This document shows, piece by piece, positions 16,898 to 25,206 of a stretch of DNA of 44,391 nt. The notes under the pieces were generated by a model. That model searched no databases. It was given only the letters and a program-made list of their open reading frames with translations, and was not told the origin of the DNA. The translations under genes and the position numbers were made by a program. The stretch covers positions 1 to 44,391 of the forward strand of contig QKJH01000181.1 in assembly GCA_003250865.1 (NCBI GenBank). The letters are read 5' to 3'. Within the stretch, counting starts at the first letter, position 1. Each line of letters starts with the position of its first letter. Origin of the DNA: Alphaproteobacteria bacterium. GTDB lineage: Bacteria > Pseudomonadota > Alphaproteobacteria > Micavibrionales > SZUA-601.

Positions 16898-17728
16898 TTA
16901 TAGGCCGAGCATTTCTCGAACCAATCTGTCAGCCATTTTGACCGCGCCGACGAGAACCAACATATTAAAAATCAGTTCCCCGACATAGCTCCAAACCTGT
17001 GTGACCGCTGCTGCGTTCGGGTCAACAACGGGCGGGCTGGACGCAAACAGGCTGAATATGATACAGGCCAGCACGATAATCGCGCCCTCCAAGCAGACCG
17101 CCGCATAGGATTTGATAAACGCTTTGCCCATGCTCTGTGATGGCTCTCCAGCAAAAGAAGCAAGGGGGACGGGCGCGATTGCCGTATACATATACAATTT
17201 CAGAAAACGGCCATAGACGGACATTATCATAATAAAGCTGAGTACCGTGATAAACAGACCGCCGATAAGAGTGACCGCCCATAACGGGATAGATTCAAAA
17301 AAGCCTGTATTGTTGATTGCGTCCTTAATGCTCTGTGGCAAGACAGTGTTATTTGCACCGGAAAATCCTGATGCTGTCATAATTCGAGAAATTAAACCTT
17401 GCACGATAGAGAACAATGCCATCATCAATTCCAAACCGTGCGTAACCACCGCTTTTGCGAGTGCAAAGCGGATAAACAGCTTCACGGCAATTTCAGGTCG
17501 CTTCAATTCGGCAATATTGCCGCAGCTTTTGACCACGCCTATCACGAAAAACAATACCAGTAGTCCAAGTCCTACGGCTTGTACCGCGCCATGAATATCT
17601 TTTATGACATTCCAAATCCCGCCGCCTTTAAAGGTTTCCGGAGATTGGGTAAGAAGCTGAAAAATCTCAGCCATTTTACTGTTCCATGTGTTCAGGGCGT
17701 TTTCAAGATTTTCTATAATCCAGTTCAC
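16898..17728 (-). CDS. VirB6/TrbL-like conjugal transfer membrane protein
   Basis: 276 aa, about 6 TM segments. GTG start after GAGAGGTGGTGG. Sits in the position typical of the VirB6 analogue. Confidence 0.75.
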   Translation of the reverse strand: MNWIIENLENALNTWNSKMAEIFQLLTQSPETFKGGGIWNVIKDIHGAVQAVGLGLLVLFFVIGVVKSCGNIAELKRPEIAVKLFIRFALAKAVVTHGLELMMALFSIVQGLISRIMTASGFSGANNTVLPQSIKDAINNTGFFESIPLWAVTLIGGLFITVLSFIMIMSVYGRFLKLYMYTAIAPVPLASFAGEPSQSMGKAFIKSYAAVCLEGAIIVLACIIFSLFASSPPVVDPNAAAVTQVWSYVGELIFNMLVLVGAVKMADRLVREMLGL

Positions 17729-17759
17729 AGATTAACCACCACCTCTCTTTAAAAAGATT

Positions 17760-17792
17760 GCGGGGGCAAACCGTTCGTCTGGCTTGCCCCGC
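17760..17792 (-). terminator. hairpin plus T-tract inside the T4SS gene cluster
   Basis: GCGGGGGCAA ... TTGCCCCGC is a 9-bp stem with one bulged G. AATCTTTTT follows on the minus strand. Confidence 0.5.
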
Positions 17793-17798
17793 ACTGTT

Positions 17799-18035
17799 TT
17801 ATCGTCCTTGCTCCTGCGATGGCGATTCCCGGATAACCCCGTATTTGTCATCAACATAATAACGTCCGGCAAAGGGGTTAAAGAGGGCATGGCATTTTAC
17901 GCCGTTGTAATCCGCCAGATAGTCGTTATCGCCCAGCCGCCTGATGATGGTTGCTTCTGCCAACACATTGGTTTCGCCCTGTTTTAAGGAGTGGATATAA
18001 CACTCACATTTTGTAATATAGTCCTGCATATCCAT
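17799..18035 (-). CDS. small hypothetical conjugative-element protein
   Basis: Only the last 78 codons of ORF 17799..18281 are used. The ATG at 18033-18035 overlaps the Maff2 stop (ATGA). Confidence 0.55.
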   Translation of the reverse strand: MDMQDYITKCECYIHSLKQGETNVLAEATIIRRLGDNDYLADYNGVKCHALFNPFAGRYYVDDKYGVIRESPSQEQGR

Positions 18036-18385
18036 CAACCTCCCATAATCAGGTTCAGAATTTCTTTCGCAAATGTGATTATAACGCCGCCCGCAAGGGT
18101 CAAAAACCCGTTTGCTCGTTGGCTCGGATCGTGAGATTTCAAACTCAACCCAATTTGCACGATACCGAAGCCCAGCAGAATTAGGCCGATTGCGCGGATC
18201 AAGCCAAAAATGAAGTTGCTTAGGTTGTTCACGACTGTTATAGGATCGTTTTCTGCGGCAAAGGCTGTCACACCAAAGCAAAACATCAGTGTAAAAATAA
18301 ACACCGCAGCAACATAGACGCGGAAGCCTTTTTTGACACCGCTGCTCATCGGCAGCTTGCAGGTGGGTTTACTGTTTTTCCTCAT
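18035..18385 (-). CDS. Maff2-family small membrane protein
   Basis: Signal/TM segment, then AENDPITVVNNLSNFIFGLIRAIGLILLGFGIVQIGLSLKSHDPSQRANG, which is the characteristic Maff2-type sequence. Confidence 0.8.
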   Translation of the reverse strand: MRKNSKPTCKLPMSSGVKKGFRVYVAAVFIFTLMFCFGVTAFAAENDPITVVNNLSNFIFGLIRAIGLILLGFGIVQIGLSLKSHDPSQRANGFLTLAGGVIITFAKEILNLIMGG

Positions 18386-20186
18386 GGGATGTGTCCTCCT
18401 TCATAAATAGTTTTTCTAAATCTTCCTCAGACAACAGTTCGTAATCTGCGTCCGTGGGTTCGGGTCCCGGCAGATCTGCCGGGTCGATGTCCGGGTCAAA
18501 TACAAGCGTTGCAACCGTATCGGTGACAGCGCCATGCTGGAATGGTTCGGTTTTTCCGTCCGTAGTGCCATTTACGTTTGGATGGCGCAGGATGTCAAAT
18601 TTCTCGTCTATAATCGGACGCTCGCCGCGAATAAAAAGCAGGGCATAGCGGTTATCCAGCATCCTCACCTCGTCCGGGGTAAGAAGTTCCCGGCCTGAAA
18701 TCTGATAGTTCGTGCTGTAATTACCGTTACGCCCCGTACTTTTACCGTAGGTGTTGGTATCCAGCGTTTCTTTTCCCAAAAGCTCGGAAACGTATTTGTG
18801 TGTGCTTTGCTCATTGCCTCCAAGGTATAAAAACTCGTCGCAGTTGCCGACGATGCTCTCCCACTGCTTTTCAAACAATGCTTTGAGTTGCGCCATGTTT
18901 TGCAGGATGATACTGACCGAAACGCCGCGCGAACGCATGACAGACAGGATTTTGTCAAAATCATCTGGCAATGACACGTTCGCAAATTCGTCCATTAGAA
19001 AATGAACGTGGATAGGCAAGCTCCCGCCGTACTTGTGGTCGGCGCTATAAAAAAGTTGCTGGAAAAGTTGGGTATATAAAATACTGACCAAGAAATTGAA
19101 TGAGCTATCGTTATCAGGTATGATGATGAAAAGCGCGGTTTTCTTCTCACCAATGCTCTCTAATTCTAATTCGTCGGTGACGGTCAGGCTTGCCAGTGAT
19201 TCTAAATTGAATTTTTCCAAACGCGCGGCCAGCGTGATTTGAATGCTTTTCAGGGTTTTTGCACTTCCTGAACGGTAATCTCTATAATATTTAACTGCGA
19301 TATGATCGGGACTTCGCATTTCCAGTCTGTCAAATAGTTCATCCAATGGAGATTGATAACTATCATCATCTTCCCGAACCTCTCCGGCGCGCAGCATTTC
19401 CATCACCATCGAAAAGTTCTGCTCATCAGGCGGCGCTTCGTACTTTAGATAAAACATAAGCGCCAAAAGAAACATAGAGGCCGCTGTATCCCAAAAAGGG
19501 TCTTGGGTCTGTGCGCCTTTAGGGGTGGTACTTTTAAATAAATTTGTGACCAATCTTTGTACGTCGTTGTCCTCTTTGAGATAGACAAAAGGGTTGTAGC
19601 AATGGGAACGTTCCATGTTGATTAAATCCAGCACCTTAACCTCCATTTTTTCTCTCAAAAGGTTGCCAACATCTCTTGTGATTTCACCCTTACAATCCAA
19701 AATTACCATTGAGGTGTTGCAGTTCATTGCGTTTGGTTTGACATAAAATCTTGTTTTACCCGCGCCGGAACCCCCGCACACCAGCACATTCATATTGCGC
19801 CTGTGCTTATGCGCGTCAAAACCAATCCGCACATGCTGTGTCAAAATTTTATTCTCGATAAAGTGTTTATCCGCGTATTTGCGGTTGAGTGCGGCAGCTT
19901 CGCCCCATTTTGCAGAACCGTGTTCCTTACGGGGACGGGTATTGCGTTTGGTGGAAAGATAAATCCCGATCCCCATCCCATAAGCGGCAATAAAAAAGAG
20001 GACAGTTTTTACACTGTCCCCGCACCAAGTTATATTCAAAGGATGATTGATTGCCGTTGTCAGGTTTTGCAGGATTGCGGGAAGTCCTCCTGAAATGGCA
20101 GGGGCGGCAAGCAACGCCGCCCACACCACCGGGATAAGTCCAAACGCAGCCAAAATTAATGTTTGCTTTGGACTATCTCGCTTCAT
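18369..20186 (-). CDS. VirD4/TraG-family type IV coupling protein
   Basis: 605 aa with two N-terminal TM segments. Walker A VCGGSGAGKT, Walker B-like HFLMDEFAN. Confidence 0.9.
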   Translation of the reverse strand: MKRDSPKQTLILAAFGLIPVVWAALLAAPAISGGLPAILQNLTTAINHPLNITWCGDSVKTVLFFIAAYGMGIGIYLSTKRNTRPRKEHGSAKWGEAAALNRKYADKHFIENKILTQHVRIGFDAHKHRRNMNVLVCGGSGAGKTRFYVKPNAMNCNTSMVILDCKGEITRDVGNLLREKMEVKVLDLINMERSHCYNPFVYLKEDNDVQRLVTNLFKSTTPKGAQTQDPFWDTAASMFLLALMFYLKYEAPPDEQNFSMVMEMLRAGEVREDDDSYQSPLDELFDRLEMRSPDHIAVKYYRDYRSGSAKTLKSIQITLAARLEKFNLESLASLTVTDELELESIGEKKTALFIIIPDNDSSFNFLVSILYTQLFQQLFYSADHKYGGSLPIHVHFLMDEFANVSLPDDFDKILSVMRSRGVSVSIILQNMAQLKALFEKQWESIVGNCDEFLYLGGNEQSTHKYVSELLGKETLDTNTYGKSTGRNGNYSTNYQISGRELLTPDEVRMLDNRYALLFIRGERPIIDEKFDILRHPNVNGTTDGKTEPFQHGAVTDTVATLVFDPDIDPADLPGPEPTDADYELLSEEDLEKLFMKEDTSHEEKQ

Positions 20187-20358
20187 CCCGTACCCTCACT
20201 TTCTTTTGAGGGGCATGGAGGATTTTCAGAAGCAGGTCATCTACAAAGTCGGTGGAATTTTTATCCTCAAGTTCTTTGTTGCGCATATCATTTAGAGCGG
20301 TAATGACCGCGCCCTCCTCGTAGGGGTCAAGAGCGACAATGCGCTGTTCCTCTTTCAT
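20173..20358 (-). CDS. small hypothetical protein
   Basis: 61 codons from ATG 20356-20358 behind a GAGGTGA SD. Overlaps the virD4 start. Confidence 0.5.
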   Translation of the reverse strand: MKEEQRIVALDPYEEGAVITALNDMRNKELEDKNSTDFVDDLLLKILHAPQKKVRVRDEAR

Positions 20359-20364
20359 CACTCA

Positions 20365-21246
20365 TCACCTCGCTTCGTTATTTTTTGCCGCCTTTTGCTG
20401 TGCGTCAAGATGCCGTGCCATACGCCCGGAAATTTCTTCGGCAGCGTCGCGGATTTGCGCAAGCCCGCCCTTGACCTCCTGCGCGTCCATACCGTCAAAT
20501 ACACTGTCCACTTTGTCAAAATTAAATTCCTTTGTTTCCGCGCCGTATTTCTTGCAAAGCAAGTACGTTGCGGAATAGGCACAAAACTCTTGTTCCGGCG
20601 ACAGTTCGGGGTCGGTAGCCAATTCAGCGCCTGCCATCTCATACGCCACACTGCGAAAAGTATCGGAAAACGCCATACCTTTGCGAACGAGAATATCACC
20701 ATCGAGATTGGTCATCGCGCCGAGGTCGTCAGGCAGTTCGTCCACTCCTATAATTTTCATCGGGTATTTAGAAATGAGCGCACCTAAAATCTGACGTTCG
20801 GTATAATTGGTTGGCGGCGTATTCCTCAGCTTGCGGGTGTCTACCTGAGAAATGTCAAATACCTTTTTCACGTTATAGCCTGTACCCGGTGAACCGTCCT
20901 CCTTGGTATATTCATGCGGTTCCAAAATTGAGATGGCCGTTTGTCCCGGTCTGACCGAGCAGTTTTTACTTTTCCAGTAGTCGAAGCTGCCCAGCCGAGT
21001 AGCTTCCGGGTTTTGCGCTAAAATTAACAGAGCGTTGACTGTGCTGTAACGGTCGAGAGTTGCCTGTACATCAAGGTATTGTTGGAATCTGCCGCTGTCC
21101 CCGGATACCTCCAGTGCAGTCTGGTCGGATAAAGTGAAAGCATCCTCGCGCTCGTTCTTTTTCTTCGCGGCATATTCTTCCTTGGTAAGCTGTTCGCTCT
21201 GTTCTTCGGCGGGTTCATTGTTCAACAAATCATCAAAATTAGCCAT
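20365..21246 (-). CDS. ArdC-N-like (DUF1738-type) ssDNA-binding domain protein
   Basis: NALLILAQNPEATRLGSFDYWKSKNCSVRPGQTAISILEP resembles the ArdC N-terminal domain pattern. No metallopeptidase HExxH motif was seen. Confidence 0.55.
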   Translation of the reverse strand: MANFDDLLNNEPAEEQSEQLTKEEYAAKKKNEREDAFTLSDQTALEVSGDSGRFQQYLDVQATLDRYSTVNALLILAQNPEATRLGSFDYWKSKNCSVRPGQTAISILEPHEYTKEDGSPGTGYNVKKVFDISQVDTRKLRNTPPTNYTERQILGALISKYPMKIIGVDELPDDLGAMTNLDGDILVRKGMAFSDTFRSVAYEMAGAELATDPELSPEQEFCAYSATYLLCKKYGAETKEFNFDKVDSVFDGMDAQEVKGGLAQIRDAAEEISGRMARHLDAQQKAAKNNEAR

Positions 21247-21248
21247 GT

Positions 21249-22085
21249 TTAAGACCTCTCTTTCGATTTTTTGGATTTTGATTTTCCTCTGTTTAGTGGC
21301 TGTTTGTGAGTAGTGGCGGTATTGGTTCTCGGTTTTTCCGAAGTCTGCTGTTCATCACGCTTCGGCGCATCCGCTTCTTTCTTCGCCTGCGCCGCCTTGA
21401 TTTCCCGGAGTTCTTCTTTTACAGACGGCTTACTCGAAATACCCCTTGCGGACTTGCTTGGCTTCTCGGAGGTAGGCTCGGACAGACGGGATTTCGTTGT
21501 CTTTGCCAAGTCGGGGTTTTTTTGTGCCGGAGCCTCATTTTGAATTGTGGTTTCAGTTTCCGGCTTGGCTTTGCCCTCGTCCGACGGTAGCAACTCGTCC
21601 AGTAACTTTTCGGTATCGTTCTTGTCCGGGGCTTCCGGCTCCATGCCTTGCGATTTCTCGGACTTGGTTTTAATGATTTCGCTCTCGATCCTCGCCTTAT
21701 CCACCGTCGCAAATTTGAAGCGTTCAATGACACGGCTGATTTTCGGTGCGTCATCGGCCTTTACCAAAATGTCGCACAGGCCGTCCGGGGTGTTTTTGCG
21801 GTTACGCAGGACACAGTAAACAATACCGTATTGCTTTGCGCCCTGTGCGAATTTTTGAAGATCGCTGTCCTTTACTGAAAAAATCTCCAATGCCTTACCG
21901 GATTTCAACATGGATGTCATTCTGGCCTTGCCTTTTAGCTTCAGCTTGCTGTCCTTACTTTTCAGCGCCGCCACTAAAAATGTGGCAATTTCTTTTGCAG
22001 CCGCGCCCGTGATTTTGGCGGCAACCTCAACGCCCTCCAAGCTCATACGGACAATCTGTTCAGCGGCGTCCCCTGAATGGTTCAT
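21249..22085 (-). CDS. PcfB-family (DUF3801) protein
   Basis: The N-terminal AAEQIVRMSLEGVEVAAKITGAAAKEIATFLVAALK pattern is typical of PcfB. The C-terminal half is charged and low complexity. Confidence 0.75.
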   Translation of the reverse strand: MNHSGDAAEQIVRMSLEGVEVAAKITGAAAKEIATFLVAALKSKDSKLKLKGKARMTSMLKSGKALEIFSVKDSDLQKFAQGAKQYGIVYCVLRNRKNTPDGLCDILVKADDAPKISRVIERFKFATVDKARIESEIIKTKSEKSQGMEPEAPDKNDTEKLLDELLPSDEGKAKPETETTIQNEAPAQKNPDLAKTTKSRLSEPTSEKPSKSARGISSKPSVKEELREIKAAQAKKEADAPKRDEQQTSEKPRTNTATTHKQPLNRGKSKSKKSKERS

Positions 22086-23490
22086 GCTTATCCATCTCCT
22101 TTCCTTGTGTTTTTTCCTGATCTTCTGCTGCTCTACGGAGCTTATCCTTCATATCCGCAGAGCGTTTTTCAATGTCCTCACATAATCTCACCTCCCGGCG
22201 TAATTCTCCGATTTTCTCGGACAATTCGGATATTTGCGCTTTCACCGCCGCCAGTTTTTCTTCATCCCGGATGCTCCGGGACTGATAGCGCAAATGCTTC
22301 CGTGTTCCACAAAGACGGATAAGCTCCTTTGTCAATCCATCCTTATATCCGGCAAGCTGTTCCGCTGTATCAATACCGTACTTCACCAGAAGCCGCGTTT
22401 CCTTTGCGATATTCTGAACAAAGCGAATATCCTCGCGGAACAAAAAATAGACTTGTTTGGGATTCGGTTCTTTTTTCTTTGGAAGAACGCCCATTTTATA
22501 CAGATAAGAAAAATACAGGGCGCGAAGCCCTGTAATCCGTCTGGCCGTATTCAGTTTGCCGATAAAACGGTATTGCTTGGATGGTCGTTCTGCCGGGATG
22601 ATTCGCCGCTCCGGGCGGGTGTTCGCTAAGATACGGTTTCGGATAGATTCAATGGAATAATCCTCGCCAAAGTTGCGATAAAGCTTTAATCCGCTGTCTT
22701 TCCCCGGTGGCCGTACCGTAATGTCCTTGCCGAATTTGATATGCCAGCCTTTTTTATAAAGGTTATCCCAAAGCTGCCGCTCGGTCATGGATTCGGTTAT
22801 CGCTTGGTCAATGTCGGCTTTCACCAAAATACGGTAAGTGGGTTTCCCTTCCTTTTCGGCTTTCCACTCGCCGTAGTGCTTGGACTTTCCGCGCTTCGGT
22901 TCATCAATGACCGTCAGGCCATATTCCCGGCACAGCTTATCGGATTCGACTTGCATATTATAAAAATCCTTTTCAGTGCGGTGATAACGGATTCCGTCCA
23001 CCCACGAAACCGTGTTGACGATGAAGTGTGAGTGTAGATGATTGACTTTATCCAAATGAGTAGCGACAATCACCTGATATTTTTCTCCCCAAAGCCGCTG
23101 TGCCAGCTTCACGCCGATTTCATGCGCCATGTCGGGGGTAATCCCCGCCTGCAAATCTTCGGGCGCGAAAGACTGTATACCATGATAAGCGACAACGCCG
23201 TTTTCCTTCCCGAATTTCATTTTTGCCGCCATCATCTCGTCGCGGGCGATTTCCGGCTGACAGTTGATTCCGGTAACATAGTTCCGCAGGATTTCAGCCT
23301 TTTCATCGGTAAGCTGTGTTTTACGGGTTTGAGAAGCGTAATCTATAACATCGGAAAGCCCCTGCGTCTGCTTTTCCGTCATGCCCTGTTTTTCAAAATA
23401 GGCGGGGTTTGCGGTTTTGTCGGGATTCTCCGCATAAACCACCAATTTACCAAGCCAGCCCTTGACCGACCATATAGAAGTAACTGCCAT
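22060..23490 (-). CDS. relaxase / mobilisation nuclease
   Basis: N-terminal relaxase domain with the His triad HLDKVNHLHSHFIVN and a coiled-coil C-terminus. Its start overlaps the mobC stop. Confidence 0.85.
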   Translation of the reverse strand: MAVTSIWSVKGWLGKLVVYAENPDKTANPAYFEKQGMTEKQTQGLSDVIDYASQTRKTQLTDEKAEILRNYVTGINCQPEIARDEMMAAKMKFGKENGVVAYHGIQSFAPEDLQAGITPDMAHEIGVKLAQRLWGEKYQVIVATHLDKVNHLHSHFIVNTVSWVDGIRYHRTEKDFYNMQVESDKLCREYGLTVIDEPKRGKSKHYGEWKAEKEGKPTYRILVKADIDQAITESMTERQLWDNLYKKGWHIKFGKDITVRPPGKDSGLKLYRNFGEDYSIESIRNRILANTRPERRIIPAERPSKQYRFIGKLNTARRITGLRALYFSYLYKMGVLPKKKEPNPKQVYFLFREDIRFVQNIAKETRLLVKYGIDTAEQLAGYKDGLTKELIRLCGTRKHLRYQSRSIRDEEKLAAVKAQISELSEKIGELRREVRLCEDIEKRSADMKDKLRRAAEDQEKTQGKEMDKHEPFRGRR

Positions 23491-23831
23491 TATTCATTCT
23501 TCCTTTCCATTTGGCGGGGAAGCATAACGGCATTGGTGATCTCCACGATAGCCTGATGGAGAGCGGCGGCACTATCGTCGTACCGCTTCACATCCAGCAC
23601 ATTCAGTGTATGGGCTTTCTGTGCGATCTGATTGAGATTCCGGCCAATGCCATGAAGTTCTCTCATCATGTTGTAGTAATCGGGCGGCGGTACGTCGGTA
23701 GGAACAAGGCCGTTAATGATATGGCGCAGATAACTTTCACGGGATAATGCACTTTTTTTGACACGCTTATTGAGTGCTTCGGCTTCTTTTTTATTCAATC
23801 GTAATTTAATTTCAACCGTTCTGTTTTGCAT
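23490..23831 (-). CDS. MobC-family relaxosome accessory protein
   Basis: Start at ATG 23829-23831 (AAAGGAG SD). RLNKKEAEALNKRVKKSALSRESYLRHIING...LHGIGRNLNQIAQKAH is the MobC/RHH pattern. Confidence 0.8.
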   Translation of the reverse strand: MQNRTVEIKLRLNKKEAEALNKRVKKSALSRESYLRHIINGLVPTDVPPPDYYNMMRELHGIGRNLNQIAQKAHTLNVLDVKRYDDSAAALHQAIVEITNAVMLPRQMERKNE

Positions 23832-23857
23832 AGTCCGGCTCCTTTCATTGAGGGGTT

Positions 23858-23922
23858 TTAGGGGATTTTCCCCTAACAAGTTGCCCTTTGGGGACAAAGG
23901 GCGATGCTTGCCAGTATAGTGC
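23858..23922 (+). other. candidate oriT
   Basis: Two perfect inverted repeats: TTAGGGGA-TTT-TCCCCTAA (23858-23876) and GCCCTTTG-GGGA-CAAAGGGC (23883-23902). They are followed by GCTTGCCAGTATAGTGC, which loosely resembles ATAAGTGCGCC-type nic cores. The whole region lies directly upstream of mobC-relaxase. Confidence 0.55.
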
Positions 23923-23971
23923 ATTTCCGAAAGCTCGATCTTTCAGGAGTTCACCGTCCGAAAAAGAAAGC

Positions 23972-24157
23972 TCACCGCTCCTTCTCACGGTCGAGCAGCG
24001 TTCTGAAGGTCACGCCTTTAAAATGGTCGGCGTCCAGAATATAATCGCCGTCTTTCCAATTGCGTTCGGCAATCTCTCGCGCCTGCGCCGCGTTCGCAGC
24101 TTCCACCGTCACGGTCATTCCGAGAGTTTCTGTGATTTTGATTTCATATTCTTTCAT
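23972..24157 (-). CDS. DpnD/PcfM-family small protein
   Basis: MKEYEIKITETLGMTVTVEAANAAQAREIAERNWKDGDYILDADHF matches the remembered DpnD/PcfM pattern. Confidence 0.7.
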   Translation of the reverse strand: MKEYEIKITETLGMTVTVEAANAAQAREIAERNWKDGDYILDADHFKGVTFRTLLDREKER

Positions 24158-25110
24158 CGTGCAAAGCTCCTTTCTTTCGATTGATAGCGGGGCAACCCAA
24201 AACGATCACAGAGGTAATCGTTGTAGTCCTTGCCGGTGGGCGGTGGCTCGTCTGTTGCCTTGTACTGCGCTGGCAGGACTGTCATAATTGCTTTTGTAGC
24301 CAATCGCCCGGCAATATCATTGTCAAGATGCAAATGAACGTGCTGAATGTTCGGGTGATCGGTTAAGAACTGCGTAAGGGCAGGCGGTAAAGTGCTGTCC
24401 TCGATTTTCTTCTTAGGCTTATAAACACCCGAAAGGGAAAGCAGATTGCCATAGGCATGGTTTGTGTCTTTCTCCAATGTGACAAAAGAAAGTAGGTCAA
24501 TGGCGCTTTCAAACAAATGCAAATGCTGGCTTTTGCGGGGCATGGCAAAGGAGTAGTTTTTGTTGCTGCCGGAAACGTCACCTCTGAAATCGCTGTCAAT
24601 GCCCCGAACCGTAGCATATCGCGGAACTTTTTCGGTGTCATAACCCACAAAAACAATATTGTAATAACCGTTCCTATAATTCTGATACACCAGTTCGGAA
24701 TCGGTGCATAGGTGAATCAGGTCGTAGCTGATACCACGTTTATGCAAATACCTCTCCACCATAGACAAGCTGCAATCCCGTTTGGGAAGAACAAAGGGAA
24801 CGCTTTTTTGCGGCTTCGGTGTAGATATGAAAACGGGCGGCTGAATCGCCGCCCGTCCCATAATCTGTTCCACCGCATCGGTGAAGCTCAAACCTTTCAC
24901 CTTAATGAGATAATCTAAAGCCGATCTGCCACCAATCCCACGACTGTGCCAGCACCATTTTCCGTTGCTGATTTTCAGGCTGTCGTGGGTGCGGGTACAA
25001 TAGACGTTTCCGGAAAAGTGAACCAACTCCTGCGGTTCATAATTTTGGAGGTAAGCCAGCAAGTCCATTTTCTTAGCTTCCAGAATTACCTCCGGATCAA
25101 TATATGGCAT
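24154..25110 (-). CDS. DUF3991 plus Toprim domain protein (primase-like)
   Basis: Start MPYIDPE at ATG 25108-25110, 6 nt after AGGAGGTG. N-terminal zinc-binding-like / DUF3991 region. C-terminal Toprim acidic motifs (HLFESAIDLLS, HLHLDNDIAG). Confidence 0.75.
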   Translation of the reverse strand: MPYIDPEVILEAKKMDLLAYLQNYEPQELVHFSGNVYCTRTHDSLKISNGKWCWHSRGIGGRSALDYLIKVKGLSFTDAVEQIMGRAAIQPPVFISTPKPQKSVPFVLPKRDCSLSMVERYLHKRGISYDLIHLCTDSELVYQNYRNGYYNIVFVGYDTEKVPRYATVRGIDSDFRGDVSGSNKNYSFAMPRKSQHLHLFESAIDLLSFVTLEKDTNHAYGNLLSLSGVYKPKKKIEDSTLPPALTQFLTDHPNIQHVHLHLDNDIAGRLATKAIMTVLPAQYKATDEPPPTGKDYNDYLCDRFGLPRYQSKERSFAR

Positions 25111-25134
25111 AGAAACACCTCCTGACATGAAATA

Positions 25135-25162
25135 AGCCGATTGGCTGTTATACCAATCGGCT
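25135..25162 (-). terminator. hairpin after the 414-aa orphan gene
   Basis: AGCCGATTGG-CTGTTATA-CCAATCGGCT is a perfect 10-bp stem. TATTT follows on the minus strand. Confidence 0.5.
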
Positions 25163-25206
25163 ATGTAAAAAGTCTTTAAAAAATTTTTGAGTTAAATTCA
25201 AATACG

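Noticed and set aside
17799-18281. Full-length 160-aa version of ORF 17799..18281.
   Set aside because: Its first 82 codons overlap the well-recognised Maff2 gene in another frame. Only the terminal 78 codons, starting at the ATGA overlap with the Maff2 stop, are plausible.
21306-22185. Plus-strand ORFs opposite the PcfB-like gene.
   Set aside because: They are antisense to the charged low-complexity C-terminal half of the PcfB-like gene, with no SD or recognisable features.
23832-23924. N-terminal extension of mobC (ORF called from 23924).
   Set aside because: The extension runs through the two perfect inverted repeats of the candidate oriT and has no SD. The ATG at 23831 has a good AAAGGAG SD and starts the MobC-like sequence.
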